DNA of 63,713 nt, filler included, from Atractiella rhizophila (lineage: Eukaryota): assembly GCA_021432655.1 (NCBI GenBank). It is 4 parts of 3 records of this genome, joined end to end, with 100 filler letters (N's around TTAATTAATTAA, not from the genome) between each part and the next. Parts side by side here need not be neighbours in the genome. Positions count along the whole stretch, not along the records: positions 24,763 to 39,450 come from MU271276.1; positions 39,551 to 61,494 come from MU271276.1; 2 more parts are not named here. One strand, given 5' to 3'. Position 1 is the stretch's first letter. The number at the start of each line of letters is the position of its first letter. The translations under genes were made by a program, and so were the position numbers. Positions 36,501 to 49,330 of the stretch are shown here, one piece after another. Under the pieces are notes generated by a model. The model was not told the origin of the DNA and did not search any database. It was given only the letters and a program-made list of their open reading frames with translations.

Positions 36501-37463
36501 GTCCTTAGAATACTTGTAATTTGTGGCAACTTCGCGACCTGTCCGATTTCGGATCTCTCGTGCGACTTGGGCAGCAAACGATCTTTTTGCAGATGAGGAG
36601 GAGAGCTCGAACTCCGACGGGTAGGCGACTTTCCACTCGTCGTACGCTAGAGAACAGTGTGATGGTGTGATGTTGCCGTGACATGAAGCACTCAAAACTT
36701 ACGTTTCTGTCGTAAAAGAGTGACTCTAGCATCCGCAACCATCAAAGCGACAATGTCATCATCTATAGTTGCGGGACCCTGTTGTCCCAGTGCCTCGTCA
36801 TGGGGCAAGTTTCTTGAGACCGAAGAGAGATTGGGTGGCCAAGGTAGGCGAGCAGACGAACGATTTGAGTCGTAGAATGTCGATCTTCTACCTTCACGGT
36901 GATAAGAATTCAAATGCAGCGTAGAAGAAGTGCGCGATTTCCCAAGACTCGATTCGCTCGTTGGAGCATGCGAAGTAAGAGCAGAGTTGTCCCACGTAAT
37001 GTCAAAAGTGCAGTTCTTTGTACCTCGATTGTTAAGCTGCTCTCGAGCTCGCACCGCGTCTCCCCTCAAAGCCCAAGTTACTTGGTAGTTAGAAGGATCG
37101 AGAGCTTTGAATTCCAAGCTATTACCGACCGTGAGCTTATCAATAAGGAGTTAGAAACACTTGCATCTGCCCGTATACCTGAAAGGTTTTGAAGACGAGG
37201 TTGCTGTCCAAATCCTTTTGCACGGGGGATTGTTTCTTTACATGAATGATGAAGGTCGTTGGGCCAATCTCGTCATGGCTTGTGTCCCTGCCATCCACAG
37301 TCAAGTCAGATCACACTAGGAAGAGCCACACTCACAGTCGTCTGCGTTTGGGGAACGGGTGGAAACGCTGACTTTCGTTGTGCCGCTTCTTTGGAACGGT
37401 AAGACTGGGAATGTTAGACGTGGACGCTCCACTTTCATCTGGCTGGGCGTCTTCTTTGGGCAT
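33560..37463 (-). CDS. Large multidomain protein: NLS/RRM-like N-terminus, central NTF2-like domain, C-terminal WD40 repeats
   Basis: The spliced N-terminus reads MPKEDAQ…PKRRRLDTS…TFIIHV…YQVTWALRGDAVRAREQLN. The NTF2-like part reads FCNRFIRDYFDTF.GSRAPLLDFYAHNATFSY…HAFQRTFVV. WD-like segments: THSSEITSLFWSPTYHLLSGSLDTKV, FHPNGHLFA…VRVWDCR. Confidence 0.75.
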
Positions 37464-37757
37464 GGTTTGGCTTGCATCCAACGAAAGTCATCCGACATCC
37501 TTGCCACCAAAAAGAAGGACGCACGACCTCAGGTTTGTTTCACCCCCAGACAATAACACTTGATATCCACGTGAAATAGCGAGATGGAACTGTTATATGT
37601 TCTTCTGACAGAATGATCAAGCCATTCCATTCCCACCTAACCACCGTGTCATTTAGCGGTCGGAAATGCTTGTTGAAAAAAGTTGGCCAAACAAGACATC
37701 CGCGACATCCAAAAGAAGCGAACTACGTGCCAAAGCAGCAGATTACAGGTAGCAGGC

Positions 37758-38762
37758 ATGAGAAAGGTGAGCAACACTTGTTCACTGACTGCAGAAGCTG
37801 AATGTTGAGCAGGCAAGGGCACCATACGACCTCGTCGCCTGTCTTCCACGCATGGCATGGGGTCCAACGAACATGTACAACATCCTGCTAAGATCTCACG
37901 AGTCCGAGCGGTCGCTCATTACCAACTCCAAAGTTTTCGGAAAGCAATGGACCGCTCGCCGTCTCGCTCGAGGCTACCACGGCGACTTTATACGGGAAGG
38001 CCTTTTTCGAACGAAGTTTCTCCCTCAATCCCTGCCGCCGCTGAAGGCTTTCCCGGGAGAGAAGGTGCGGAAGAAGGTGGTCAATGTAAACGGGAAGGAA
38101 GTGATGATCAAGGATGAAATTCCGATTGCCAGCTTGATGTTCAAGGAAGTGGAGAGAAGGTTGGACGTGCTCATTTTCCGAGCCTGTCTGGCGAATTCGG
38201 TGTATGAAGCGAGGCGAATGGTCATTCACGGACGCGTGAAGCTGAATGGTACTACAGTGCGTTGTCTCTTTGCTTGGAATTGAAGTCTGGAGTTCCAATG
38301 CGGTTGTTGCTACAGTTCCGTGCGCCATCCCACCGTCTGGAACCTGGTGATCTCTTTTCTGTCGATCCCTCTGTTGTTCCCCAGCTCCGTGGGGGCAAAA
38401 ACGCTCCACAAGGAAGAGACACAGTCGGAGAAGATTCAGACAACATGCCAGGATCTTCCCGGGGGCTTCCTTTCCGTCTTCCAGAATTTGCCTCTCCGTT
38501 TCTCTTCGTCCCTCCGTATCTTCAGGTTTCCTTCACAACCTGCTCCGCCGTATACTTCCGCCATCCAACCGCCAAACCAGGATGGTCAGAAATTCCGACA
38601 CCTTACGAGGCTGATGGACTAACTCTTCGCATGTGTTGGGTATGTATTATCTTCATCATCTAAAACCAAAATTCACAGATGTCGTTCTAGGAATATTATT
38701 GTGCCAATGGCCGACGGATACGGGAAGACAGAAGCAAAAAGCATATCCGACAAGGATGGTAA
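37758..38762 (+). CDS. NAM9: Mitochondrial ribosomal protein uS4m
   Basis: MRK/ARAPYDL..CLPRMAWGPTNMYN, KQWTARRLARGYHGD.I.E..F, S4 motif VERRLDVLIFRAC.ANSVYEARRMVIHGRVKLNG, FLFVPPYLQVSF.TCSAVY.RHP…SEIPTPY. Confidence 0.92.
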
Positions 38763-38838
38763 CCGTTGCTTGACATTAGTCGTGGATTCGCACGTTACTT
38801 TCAGTGACCTAATGCAATTTTTTATTCCATTCCATTTG

Positions 38839-39450
38839 TCACGCTGTAGTTTCCTCATCCTGCCCCAATCTTGCGATCACGGCCTTCAGTTCCTCATCGT
38901 TAAGAATGCTAAATCCTTTCCCTGGTACCACTTGTGCCAGCTGGACGTTAGACTCATCAAGCTTCTCTTCCATCACTTGCTTCAACACCTTCAATGCGAG
39001 CGTCTGAGCCTCCTGTAACGGCATGGACTATCCACCAAAGCATGAGAAACAGCTCGCTTGTGCTAGAGATTCGAAAGCACCTTGTTATATTGATCTTGCA
39101 GTTCGGTCTGTGCTCCCTCCGAACCTGAGCCAATTGCCTTCGCATCGTAACGCATGAAAGTCCCAGAGGGGTCGGCATGGTATCTGTGGTCTCCTTCAGC
39201 TCCGGTCACCTCACTCAGGAGGAAAACGCACAATTGTGGGCCTAACTCGTCAATCCCTGCAATCAGAAGGGCGACACCGAAAGGTCGACTCTATTCACTA
39301 TCTCAATATGTTTTATTGAGACGCAAGGAACAAACCATAAGCGCCTCTTCATCGTCGGTTGACTCTCCAAATCTCAACGCCAAATCACACACTGCTTGAG
39401 TACAACTCTCGACTTTGATAGGCTCGTCATATGTAAATGTATGGTTCTGC
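38839..39450 (-). CDS. PUP2: 20S proteasome subunit alpha-5, 3' part (5' end lost at contig break)
   Basis: [84 protein letters not shown]. Confidence 0.96.
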
Positions 39451-39550
39451 NNNNNNNNNNNNNNNNNNNNNNNNNNNNNNNNNNNNNNNNNNNNTTAATT
39501 AATTAANNNNNNNNNNNNNNNNNNNNNNNNNNNNNNNNNNNNNNNNNNNN

Positions 39551-41723
39551 CGAGCGAATACGATGAACTGGGCGGGGTCTCCAAACGTCCGAGACTGTCA
39601 AGTGCGTCAGCGAGCACGACGGAGGCGGAGGACGTGGAGATGGAGCCGGCGGAGAAGGGGACGAGAGTGGCTATCAGGTCGCTTCAGGGGAGAGGAAAGA
39701 GAGGTACGTGGGATATGCTAGAGGCGAGGAGCATGGGAGGAATGAGTTCACGACGGTGGGGGAGAATGTGTACGCCATTTTTCTTCTCTAGCTAGTCTCT
39801 CGCACATGTTCAAGGCGAATGGGTTCAAGTGCCGACTGCTCCTTTTCTGCGCACTTTCATATCACACGACCAGTGCGCTCTTCCTTTCTGCCCTCCTCAG
39901 CGCGCTGAAGAATCCGTGATCGAACAGGCTAGACGCGTTCCACCACGCACCAGCATCGCACGACTCCACTCCATTCTGTATAGCATACAACAACGGCTCA
40001 AAACGCGTCTCTCCCTCCTCCCGTACCTCCCCCATCCTCGCAATAGGAACCAACGAAGGTCTAGTGCATCTATACAACACCGACCGCGGACCTGANNNNN
40101 NNNNNNNNNNNNNNNNNNNNNNNNNNNNNNNNNNNNNNNNNNNNNNNNNNNNNNNNNNNNNNNNNNNNNNNNNNNNNNNNNNNNNNNNNNNNNNNNNNNN
40201 NNNNNNNNNNNNNNNNNNNNNNNNNNNNNNNNNNNNNNNNNNNNNNNNNNNNNNNNNNNNNNNNNNNNNNNNNNNNNNNNNNNNNNNNNNNNNNNNNNNN
40301 NNNNNNNNNNNNNNNNNNNNNNNNNNNNNNNNNNNNNNNNNNNNNNNNNNNNNNNNNNNNNNNNNNNNNNNNNNNNNNNNNNNNNNNNNNNNNNNNNAAC
40401 TCGATATTTCACATCCTCTGGTCTCCTTCGGACCAGCTGATCGTCACGAGCGCAGGGGACCAGAGGGCGAAGGTGACGGATGTGGAGCGGAACGTCGTAC
40501 TGTCTTGTTTGGCGAGCGCGAAGGACGGTGGTGCTGGAACAGAGCGGAGCGTAGGGCACAAGAACACGGTGCGCACGGCGGTGTGGATCGACGGCGAACC
40601 GAGTGCGTCCCTTTCCCTCCCTCCTCCATCACTGCAGACAGACAGACACGGGACTCATGACTTTAAACTATTTCTTTCTGGGAGATAGATCTGCTTGCGA
40701 CCTGCTCGAGAGATGGACACATCATGCTTTGGGACCTCCGTGAATCCGCTAGATACTCCTCATTCGCCAACGGCATCGCTCTCCCAACCACCCGAAGGTC
40801 GACGACCGACTCAGCCGACCTTCTCAAGCCCTGTCTCGTCATCCAAAACGCGCACACAGCGCGCTACGCTCCAAAAATCTCCAACGTACGCTTCGTCCTA
40901 TCCCTCCTCCTAAACTGTCCTGACGCTCTTGTTTATTCTCCCTCGTCGCGTGCTCTTGATGACACAGCACCAATCCAAGACGTCCCTCACAAGTCTCCTC
41001 TCCCTCCCTCCTTCCGGTAACCCCTACCCCCTCCTCAGCGGCGCAGCCGACGGCCTCGTCAAACTTTGGGACGTCCGGTTGGCTGGTGGAAGTTCGGTGA
41101 AGAAGATGTACGAGAGGAAGAAGTATCCGGATTGCGTCGCGAGCGGCGAGGTGGGGAGGAGCATGCGGGAGGGAAGTCGGCGGTGTTATGGGATCATTGA
41201 CCTCGTAGGTGGCGGAGGGAGGGTACACGCCTTGACAATGAACTCAAAGTCCGTCCCTCCTCCCCCCCTGCAAAAAAAGCAAAAAAACAAAGACGAAACG
41301 CGCGATTCTGACAATACCTACTGTTTTTGTCTTTTTTTGTACAGAATCGTCACCTTTTCGCCTCACACACTCCAAACGATCTCCCACCGCTCCCATCCCT
41401 CCCTCCAAACCAGCCAATTCTACTTCCGACTCTCCCTCTCCCCCTCCTCCCGCCACCTAGCCAGCGGATCCTCGAACGGCAAACACGTCCTCTTCGACCT
41501 CGAATCCCATCCTTCCTCTCAACCTATCGTCTTCTCGGGACACGAGGAAGGGCGGGACGTCGGCTACGTGGATTGGGGAGGAGAGGAGACGATCGCGAGT
41601 GTGGGAGATGATGAAGTAGTCCGGATATGGAGGGCTGATCCGTGGGTTGTTAAAGGGGAGAAAAGGGAAGGATTCTCGTATGCGGAAGAGGAAGACGAGA
41701 GAATGGAAGAGGAAATGCTTTGA
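39551..41723 (+). CDS. CDT2: WD40 protein, Cdt2/DTL-like CRL4 substrate receptor (partial, gapped)
   Basis: GHKNTVRTAVW, LLATCSRDGHIMLWDLR, IQNAH, LLSGAADGLVKLWDVR, H.SLQTSQFYFRLSLSPSSRHLASGSSNG, IASVGDDEVVRIWR. Confidence 0.8.
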
Positions 41724-42107
41724 TTTGGTTGGTTGGAGGTGCAATTCGCTTTTCACCTTGCAGGAGTACTTTCGCACGTTCTTCTTTCGTGTTTTCGTTG
41801 CATTTGTGGATTCTGAACAGACAGACCACAACATCATCATTTCATCCAACCTTACAAATTCAAAACCATCTCAAAAAGCCTTTTTGAGGAGGCTTCATAT
41901 ATTTGTGCAACTTGCATTTGTCTTCTGGATCCATCATCTCAGCTTGATAATACAGACCACATTAACAAATTTGGTATTGAAATATACAACTTTTCACAAG
42001 AGTCCATCGATAAACAAGACAGTTTCACAAAGCTTTACAGTGATCCATCGTCCAGACACGTGCATTCAAGAGAATGGTTCATTTCGTCCATCATCGCGTG
42101 AGAAAGT

Positions 42108-42736
42108 TCAGACTTTGGCAGCGGCTGGGGGAGGAGAAGCGGGCGGCGGAGCGTAAGGTGCGTACTGTTCCTGAGGTCTGTACCCAAGCGGAAACAAAAA
42201 TCAACAAACAGCTCATCCCACCCAAATCTCGTAGTTCAAAGTAGGGAGGAAGACTCACGGATACTGTCCAGTCGTGTATTGGGGAGGACCCTGCTGCCAT
42301 CCTCCCTGCCCATAACCTTGCTGAGGATACGCTCCGTATTGTTGACCATAGTAGGACCCTTGGGGTTGAGGTTGGGAAGCCCATGCCGCTTGAGCAGCCT
42401 TGTACCGTGCCAGCCGTCGTTTGCGGACGATGATCCCAAGTGTGACGAGGATGATAAAGACGGCAATGGAGACTAGAAGAGCATCAAAGGTCAATCCCGC
42501 TTTTACTTGGCCAGCTTGGCCTAAGAGCAGAGGCACGAACCTCCTACTGTGATGCCCACACGAGCGCCATACGAAAGACCATCGCAAACAACTGTCGCGC
42601 CAGAAACATGAATACTTTATATTTTTGTCGGAGGAGAACACGCACTATCGCCGTTAGAGTTGCGCCAACAGTCTCCCCAAATGGCGAAGGCTGGAGAAGC
42701 GAAGGTGAGTGTGAGTAGGAGAAGTTGCGTTGTCAT
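42108..42736 (-). CDS. Small single-pass membrane protein: signal peptide, Cys-containing ectodomain, TM, Q/G/Y/P-rich tail
   Basis: MTTQLLLLTLTFASPAFAIWGDCWRNSNG; TM VSIAVFIILVTLGIIV followed by RKRR; tail QGSYYGQQYGAYPQQGYGQGGWQQGPPQY; last exon …YAPYAPPPASPPPAAAKV*. Confidence 0.7.
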
Positions 42737-43586
42737 TTGTGGGAGTATGATAGATGGATAGTTAGATTGTTGGCTGGATTGTTGGTGGCGTGAGGGAGTG
42801 AGGTCGTTGTTTTGAGGAGCAAAATAAAGGCGATAGATGACGTAAATTCGAAGGCAGCCGCTTGGCACTAAGCTCCTAGTTTCCGAGGGTCTTTGGTCAG
42901 ATCACATGACACTCACCAAAAGGAATCGATGATGATAGAAATTGTGATTCGGCCTTATCCTTGAGCTTGTGAAGGTCCTTTCGCTCGTTGAAGGTGCGAG
43001 GGTACTAGTAGGAGATGTGCGATACTTAAATCGATAAAATAATACCCCTCAGATGGGCTTTGACGCTGCGTAGACCTAAAGATATCAAAGTGGGTTGCAG
43101 TTTGTGAGCAGGACTCGGAAGGCCATCTTATCCTTCATTAGGTGATTTACAGTTAACACAGTGCGAGAGGGCCTTCAGCAGTCAGCTCGACAGTACGCAG
43201 TTTACAGTTTTCACTCTTGAACCATTCTTTATTATCCATTTTATTTTATCCATCCATTCTTCTAAGAGCGTTGGGTTTCTTGGCATGAGTCATAAGACGC
43301 ACTTTTGAGCCCTCGCACCTCCCTCACCATGCCCAGTAGAATGAAATGAAATATGCCATCATAACCCATATGCTTGCCCCTTTCTGAACCTGCAAGGAAA
43401 TTTTATTCTGAAGGGGTAAAAAATGTGTTTCATATTGGACTCGAACCCTTACATGAGTCAGAGTAGGCCATGCCCCTTTGCGAATGGGTTGGGGGGCCTG
43501 AGGGACGAAGGCACTTGTGTCCATCAAGAAACGGTTGAAAGAGTCACTCCCGTTCAACTTCTGCCTTGGCTGAACCAGGACTTCCT

Positions 43587-45242
43587 ATGTTGAAGATGCA
43601 GTCATCGGACCGTCTTAGTAGTGCCCTGCCCATGCTTCACGTCTACCAAAGTTGGGCTCCTCGCTTGAGCAAGTCCTGGGCCACCACTGTGGATGAAACC
43701 ATGTATTTCAGCTGGACAGAGTCGCTTCTTCAAGCCACAAACATTACAAGAGCATCCCTTCATTTCCTGTGCCCGAATTGCCATGAGAATGTCCACGATA
43801 ACTTCCATCACAAGTGGCCGCGAGGTCATATCTATATGTGGCGACTCACAAGAAGACTATTGATTTTTGAGCCAGGTAGCTCCCAGTGCATTCACATTTA
43901 TCTCCAGCCTTCAGGATTGAACAAGAGTGGCCCTCGAACTCTAGTCAAAGGATCTATTACTACTTTGATCGATTTCGATGGGAGATACCAACGGGATGAT
44001 TGCCTTGCCCTGAATCTTGATCTTCAGCATGATGGACCAATTTTCGAGCTGAACAGTAGGGCTATTGACTTTACAGACCCATCATTCAACTTGCGCTTGG
44101 ATTGCGACACTGCGATAGTTCAGGATTTTGGTAGGACGACAACAGTCTTTCAGCTAGCAACCATTGCAGTCGCTTCGTATATTGAAGACTTGCCAACCGA
44201 GTTGATTTTCATGATTTTTGAATACTGTCCGATTGCAACCATTCGAAATGTGTGCAAGAGGTGGAGGCGCTTAGTTTTCGCGCTTCAAATGGATTATGGG
44301 AAAGAAAAGGGTGTAGACAAGCTCCGACTTCTCAAAGAAATTCCAATTCGTCGACCCAGATGGAACTGTCTATATTACTCTTTGGAGGATAAGAAGTATG
44401 GCCTCGATTTACTCTTGCTGATCCAAGCCTTGCAGTTCTGGCAGCCCATCATCTCCTTCGTGACCCTTGACTGCACTCCTAACAAACGAGCAGTGGAGTC
44501 AGCACTGCTTCTGGCTCAAATGCCTCATCTTCAAAGTCTCACACTCAGTGGGTGGAAAGAGGATCATATCCTTCTGTTTCTTAGCAATTCTCGCTCCAGA
44601 CGGCTCCACGATCTCTGGCTCAAGCACATTCACGCTTCTTCTGGACCTCTATCATTGGTAGGCACCACACAAGTGTTCGAACCGATTCAGGTCAAGGTAT
44701 TAACGTTCGATCACGTCGGAAGGACGTTTTGCGAACTCCTCATCTCAAAATACGTCGACTTCTCAACTGGGGAACGATACTCTTCCGAACATTGTTTACC
44801 TCTGACTGTCGAACTTCCGAAGACTCTTTCATTCTTTTTCTTGTTGTACGACTTTCAACCAACTACGTCCTTCAAAACATCTACCGTTATGATGCCAAAA
44901 CCCCTTGACTTTCGAGGATTTGAAAACTTAGAGACTCTCATCATTGATGGCGCCCACGAACGAAACACCATGATTTCGCCCGATTTCTTTACCTGTTTCG
45001 ACCTCCCATCTCTGCAAAGTCTATCCCTCTCCCATTGCCATATAAACAGTCGAGATTTCCAGAACTTCCTGAGTGGACTTGCCTCTGTGCCGCGCGGTTT
45101 TGCTGGATTAGAATTGCGTATGTTCTTTGGAGCCTGGTCTGATGAAGAGATGCGACAGGTGGCCGCGATAGGCAAGAAGGTTGCTTCTGAGCAAACAAAA
45201 GCTTCGATCGTGGCAATGTATTTTTCCTTAGAGGAAAGCTGA
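43587..45242 (+). CDS. F-box protein with LRR-like C-terminus
   Basis: F-box motif IEDLPTELIFMIFEY…IRNVCKRWRRLV; LRR-like MPHLQSLTLSG, FENLETLIIDG, LPSLQSLSLSHC. Start position uncertain. Confidence 0.75.
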   Translation: MLKMQSSDRLSSALPMLHVYQSWAPRLSKSWATTVDETMYFSWTESLLQATNITRASLHFLCPNCHENVHDNFHHKWPRGHIYMWRLTRRLLIFEPGSSQCIHIYLQPSGLNKSGPRTLVKGSITTLIDFDGRYQRDDCLALNLDLQHDGPIFELNSRAIDFTDPSFNLRLDCDTAIVQDFGRTTTVFQLATIAVASYIEDLPTELIFMIFEYCPIATIRNVCKRWRRLVFALQMDYGKEKGVDKLRLLKEIPIRRPRWNCLYYSLEDKKYGLDLLLLIQALQFWQPIISFVTLDCTPNKRAVESALLLAQMPHLQSLTLSGWKEDHILLFLSNSRSRRLHDLWLKHIHASSGPLSLVGTTQVFEPIQVKVLTFDHVGRTFCELLISKYVDFSTGERYSSEHCLPLTVELPKTLSFFFLLYDFQPTTSFKTSTVMMPKPLDFRGFENLETLIIDGAHERNTMISPDFFTCFDLPSLQSLSLSHCHINSRDFQNFLSGLASVPRGFAGLELRMFFGAWSDEEMRQVAAIGKKVASEQTKASIVAMYFSLEES

Positions 45243-46063
45243 TCATTTAGTCCAAAAAGGCTGGGTATGACACCGACATTCTCTGAAATACATTTCAATG
45301 CCAAAACTCTGCAGTTTAAAGTGAAACAGGGCTATCAGGCTAGGAAAGCTGCGAGACTGAAGAGAAAGTCAGATGCACGACGTTCACCTTCTGATGATGC
45401 CGTTCTAGCATATCAGGGAGCCTGAGTTGGACAATCAAACAGGGAATTGAAAGAAGTAGATCTTGAGCAGAAGAGTGTCGATCTAGCAACGTCACTCCGC
45501 ATCTTGTACTCAGTCTACTGTGTTTGTGACAGAGTCATGGATTGCAAGGTAAATTTCTCCTCCATTTTGCTTTCTTTGCCTCGAAAGAGCCTTCCGATGC
45601 CGATGGGTCTGCTTTCAGCAACAAGAACTCCCCCCTCCCTCGCTCCAATCCAACTTCTGATTCCCTCTGTCCTTACAAAAGAGGCACCCTTACACATCCC
45701 ATTTCAAGTTAGCTGTACATTCTTTTTCTCATACCCTCTCCGCTCCGCGATCCATCCGTTATTGTGGGTGCATCTTGCCTTGATGACTGCGGCTGCCCAG
45801 TCCACAACTCTTCAGAACTCTCAATCCTCCTTTATGCCATCGCCAGAGGTCATTGAAAGCAGTTCACAGATACAGCAGAACATTGGACTGTACAAGCCCG
45901 CCGCGACCTCGGGCTTCCTCCCCACCTGCACTTGGCGAACTAAAACAGGTCATGCATACATCCACATCCCGCTTTCCCAGAGCCGCCATATAAAAGCGAC
46001 ATGCTTCTTCTCAATGCCCCATCAGTGCATGATATCTTGCTCTGAATCGTTTCTGTAGTAGTC

Positions 46064-46897
46064 ATGAAATTCTCCCTAATCTTCTCTTCCGCCTCTCTCT
46101 TCGCTTCTCTCGCCACTGCTTCTCCCGCGGCTTCGCCTGTGGAATTAGCAAAGAGGGCAGCCGCTTCAATCACTGTGTACGTCTTTTCTATTCTAAGTGT
46201 CAACGTTTGGAAGAATGTTGTATTCATGGATGGAACAGGCATGTAACGAGCAAGACGGACTACTGCCTCATCCTCCCCAAGGACAAACACACCGACATTG
46301 GCGACTCTGAATACGATGGCGGCATGAGGTCCTACTGCACCTCTCCGGTCTCTGGACAAGGAACCCTGAACAAGTCATTCTTCACCAAGAGCACATTGAA
46401 GAAGGGTACTGGAAAGGGAGCCTGGATTCAGCGTGCGTTCCTTCCTTCCTTCCCTTTCTTCGCCTACTCTTGGTGCTTGAGGTTAAAATTGACATGTACG
46501 GGTGGAACAGTGACTGGCTGCATCGACCCCTCCAAATCCGACCGTTTGAACGCAAACGATGGTGGTGGTTCGTCTCCTTTGCTATTCCCACCAGTCCTCG
46601 CAGATCAGTGACGAATGTGATAGGACAATACGACTCCTCCGGAGGGGACGGCGGCCAGGGAAATCCCAAAGGCTCAGTCTGCACTGGCTACAACCACTAC
46701 GTCGAGCTCGTGGAGCCAGACGTGAAGAGGGCTTGCATTCGATGCTGCAAGGAATCCTCTGATTGTCCATTGAACAAAGATACGCAGGGCTGCCCAGCCG
46801 TACGTCGCCTTTCTTCTCCCACTGCAGCTTCATGGAACCCTGAGCTTTGCTTGTTGTGGAATAGGTTATCCCTGGAAACTACGACGGATGCGAGTAA
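46064..46897 (+). CDS. Small secreted cysteine-rich protein, multi-exon
   Basis: Signal peptide MKFSLIFSSASLFASLATA, propeptide ending KR, then DYCLILP…IGDSE…SYC, TGCID…DGGGQYDSSG…NP.GSVC.GYNHYVELVEP…ACIRCC…CP.NKDTQGCPAVIPGNY. Confidence 0.85.
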
Positions 46898-47342
46898 CGA
46901 TGAATGAAAGTTGACGTACTCAATGTGAACGATGGACAGAAATTAGTACTTAATTCGCTCAATCCAAGGACTCTTCATTCTTTTCAATTCACGTATGCCT
47001 TGCATTGCGCAAAAGGGTAGTTTGTGTGCATTGGACCGTTCTCTTCTCTTTCAGCTTCGACTCGGAACAGTCGATTTGTTGTGGAGGAAGACGGATGAGC
47101 ATCGTCTCTTACTATATTAGCTGACTTCCAATTGTTTTCAATGCATCGTTCACACGCATCTTTAAGGTCCCGACTGTAAAGATGGCACTACAGGAATATA
47201 TGGACTGGGACGATGTGGGAGCGCATGAAACGATACCTATGCACAATGCGACCGAAGAACGTCCACGATAATTTACACTTGCTTCGTTGAAACTACTTTG
47301 GCTCTTGTGGTTAGAAGAGGGGTATAAACGCACGGACTGCGA

Positions 47343-49330
47343 TCAAGTGACGACGTATTTCGGTCCCCCGCTACCTTCCGGCACTGTCCAACGAATATCC
47401 TCTGTTGGGGTCTGCGCACTCATCAGCGACTTGCTCCTGAGAGAAAGAAAGAGGGAGAAGGAGGACAGACCTTGATATCGCAAGTTTTACAATGAATGCA
47501 ATTCTGCGCGTTCCTCACAAACCTCTTTCCCGTCCCTCCCTCCTCCTCCCCTCCCGCCTCCTTCACATCCACATACTCATAAACGCCCGCCGGACACGCG
47601 TTCCCCAACAATCCGCCGAACTCATTCACGTTCCTCCTCGTATGTTCCTCTTTCTCTCCCATCAACTGCAGATGGCAAGGTTGGTCCTCCTCATGGTCCG
47701 TCGCCGTCCTCGACACGCTCGTAAGTATATCAAAAGCAATCTTGCCGTCCGCTGGGGGGTACTCAATCTTCTTATGCTGGCTCGCCAACTCCGTCAACTG
47801 CGCATCGTTCTTTTTAGGATGGGAGAGAGTCCAGGGGACGCGACCTTTGAGGATGAGGGAGTCGATGCCGGAGTAGAGGATGCCGAGGGGGTTTTGAAGG
47901 AGGGAGGAGCGGGAGAAGTGGAAGGAGGGTCGGATGTTACGCACTTCCCAGAGCTCTTTTGAGACCCAGGAATCGCGCAGCGCCTGGTCGTAGGAGGAGA
48001 TGTCGAGCGGCTCATCGGATGATGATGAGGAGGAGAGAGAGGAGTGGATGGCTTCGGCAGCTAGAATGCCAGACTGCATAGCTGTGTGCGTTCCTGCATT
48101 CCAGCCCATGTCAACGGCTGTTAATAGCTCTAGTTGAGGAAGACGAGAGGCTTGCCCTTGATCTTAGGCACATTCACAAATCCCGCACTGCAGCCAATCA
48201 ACGCTCCACCTGGAAAGGCGAGCTTTGGAATGGACTGATATCCTCCCTCATTGATGACTCTTCCCCCGTAAGCTATGCACTCTCCACCTTCAAGGATGTC
48301 TCGGAAGTAGGGGTGAAGTTTCATCCTCTAGTTACGAACCGCATGTCAGTTTCTCTTTGGAACAGTGGAGAGTGAAGGAATGACAGACCTGGAATTCCTT
48401 GAATGGCGACATGTGAGGATTCGGATAATCCAGACCAACGACTAATCCGAGTGAGACGAGGCCTCCTTTCATATGGTAGAGGAAGGAACCGCCATAAGTC
48501 CTAGCATCTAACGGCCAACCCATGGTATGAACGACCTTTCCTTCCCGATGTTTCTCTTCTCTGACCCTCCAAACCTCCTTAACACCTAACCCGTACGTCT
48601 GATGCTCCTTCCCCTCCCTCAGCCGTAGCTTCTCGATCACTCTCTCCGACAAAGATCCCCTCGCTCCCTCTGCGAAAAGTGTGCATTTGGCTCGAAACTC
48701 CATCCCAGGTTCGTATCCATCCTTCGGCTCTCCAAGCCGTGAGATGCCCATATCGTTCGTCCTGACACCAAGAACACTCTTCCCATCCTCGCTCCACACC
48801 ACCTCCTTCCCAGCGAACCCCGGATAAATCTCGACCTCCAACTCCTCCGCCTTCTCACCCAACCACCTAACGAAACCACTCAGACTCACTATCCGATTTC
48901 CCTTCCCCTTATTCTTCATCTGACTCGGCGCCGGCATCCTGAAGCTCCTCTTCTCAGTGAGCCAGCGCATCTCGTCCTCCCTCGCCTCCGTCCCCAGCGC
49001 CTCTTCCGAACCCTCCATCTGTCTCCAGTCCGGCAAGAGTTCATCGAGCGCCCGCGTCTCGATCACCGCTCCGGAGAGGATGTGCGACCCCACGGATGCT
49101 CCTTTCTCGAGTACGAGCACCCGCAGGGACGGGTCGAGCTGTTTGAGTCGGATGGACGCGCTGAGACCGGACGGACCGGAGCCGATGATGAGCACGTCCA
49201 CTTCGTCGACGGCGCGTTCGACGTCGGACTCTGTTCGTGGTGCTGCTGATGCTGAGAAGAAGCGTAGACGTGAGAGGTGAGTGGTGCGGATTGCCGTCGC
49301 CGTGCGAGGGAGGGAGCGTAGGAGATGCAT
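47343..49330 (-). CDS. CIR2: Electron-transfer flavoprotein:ubiquinone oxidoreductase
   Basis: Mitochondrial presequence, [61 protein letters not shown], Fe-S motif CPAGVYE…[24 protein letters not shown]. Confidence 0.97.
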
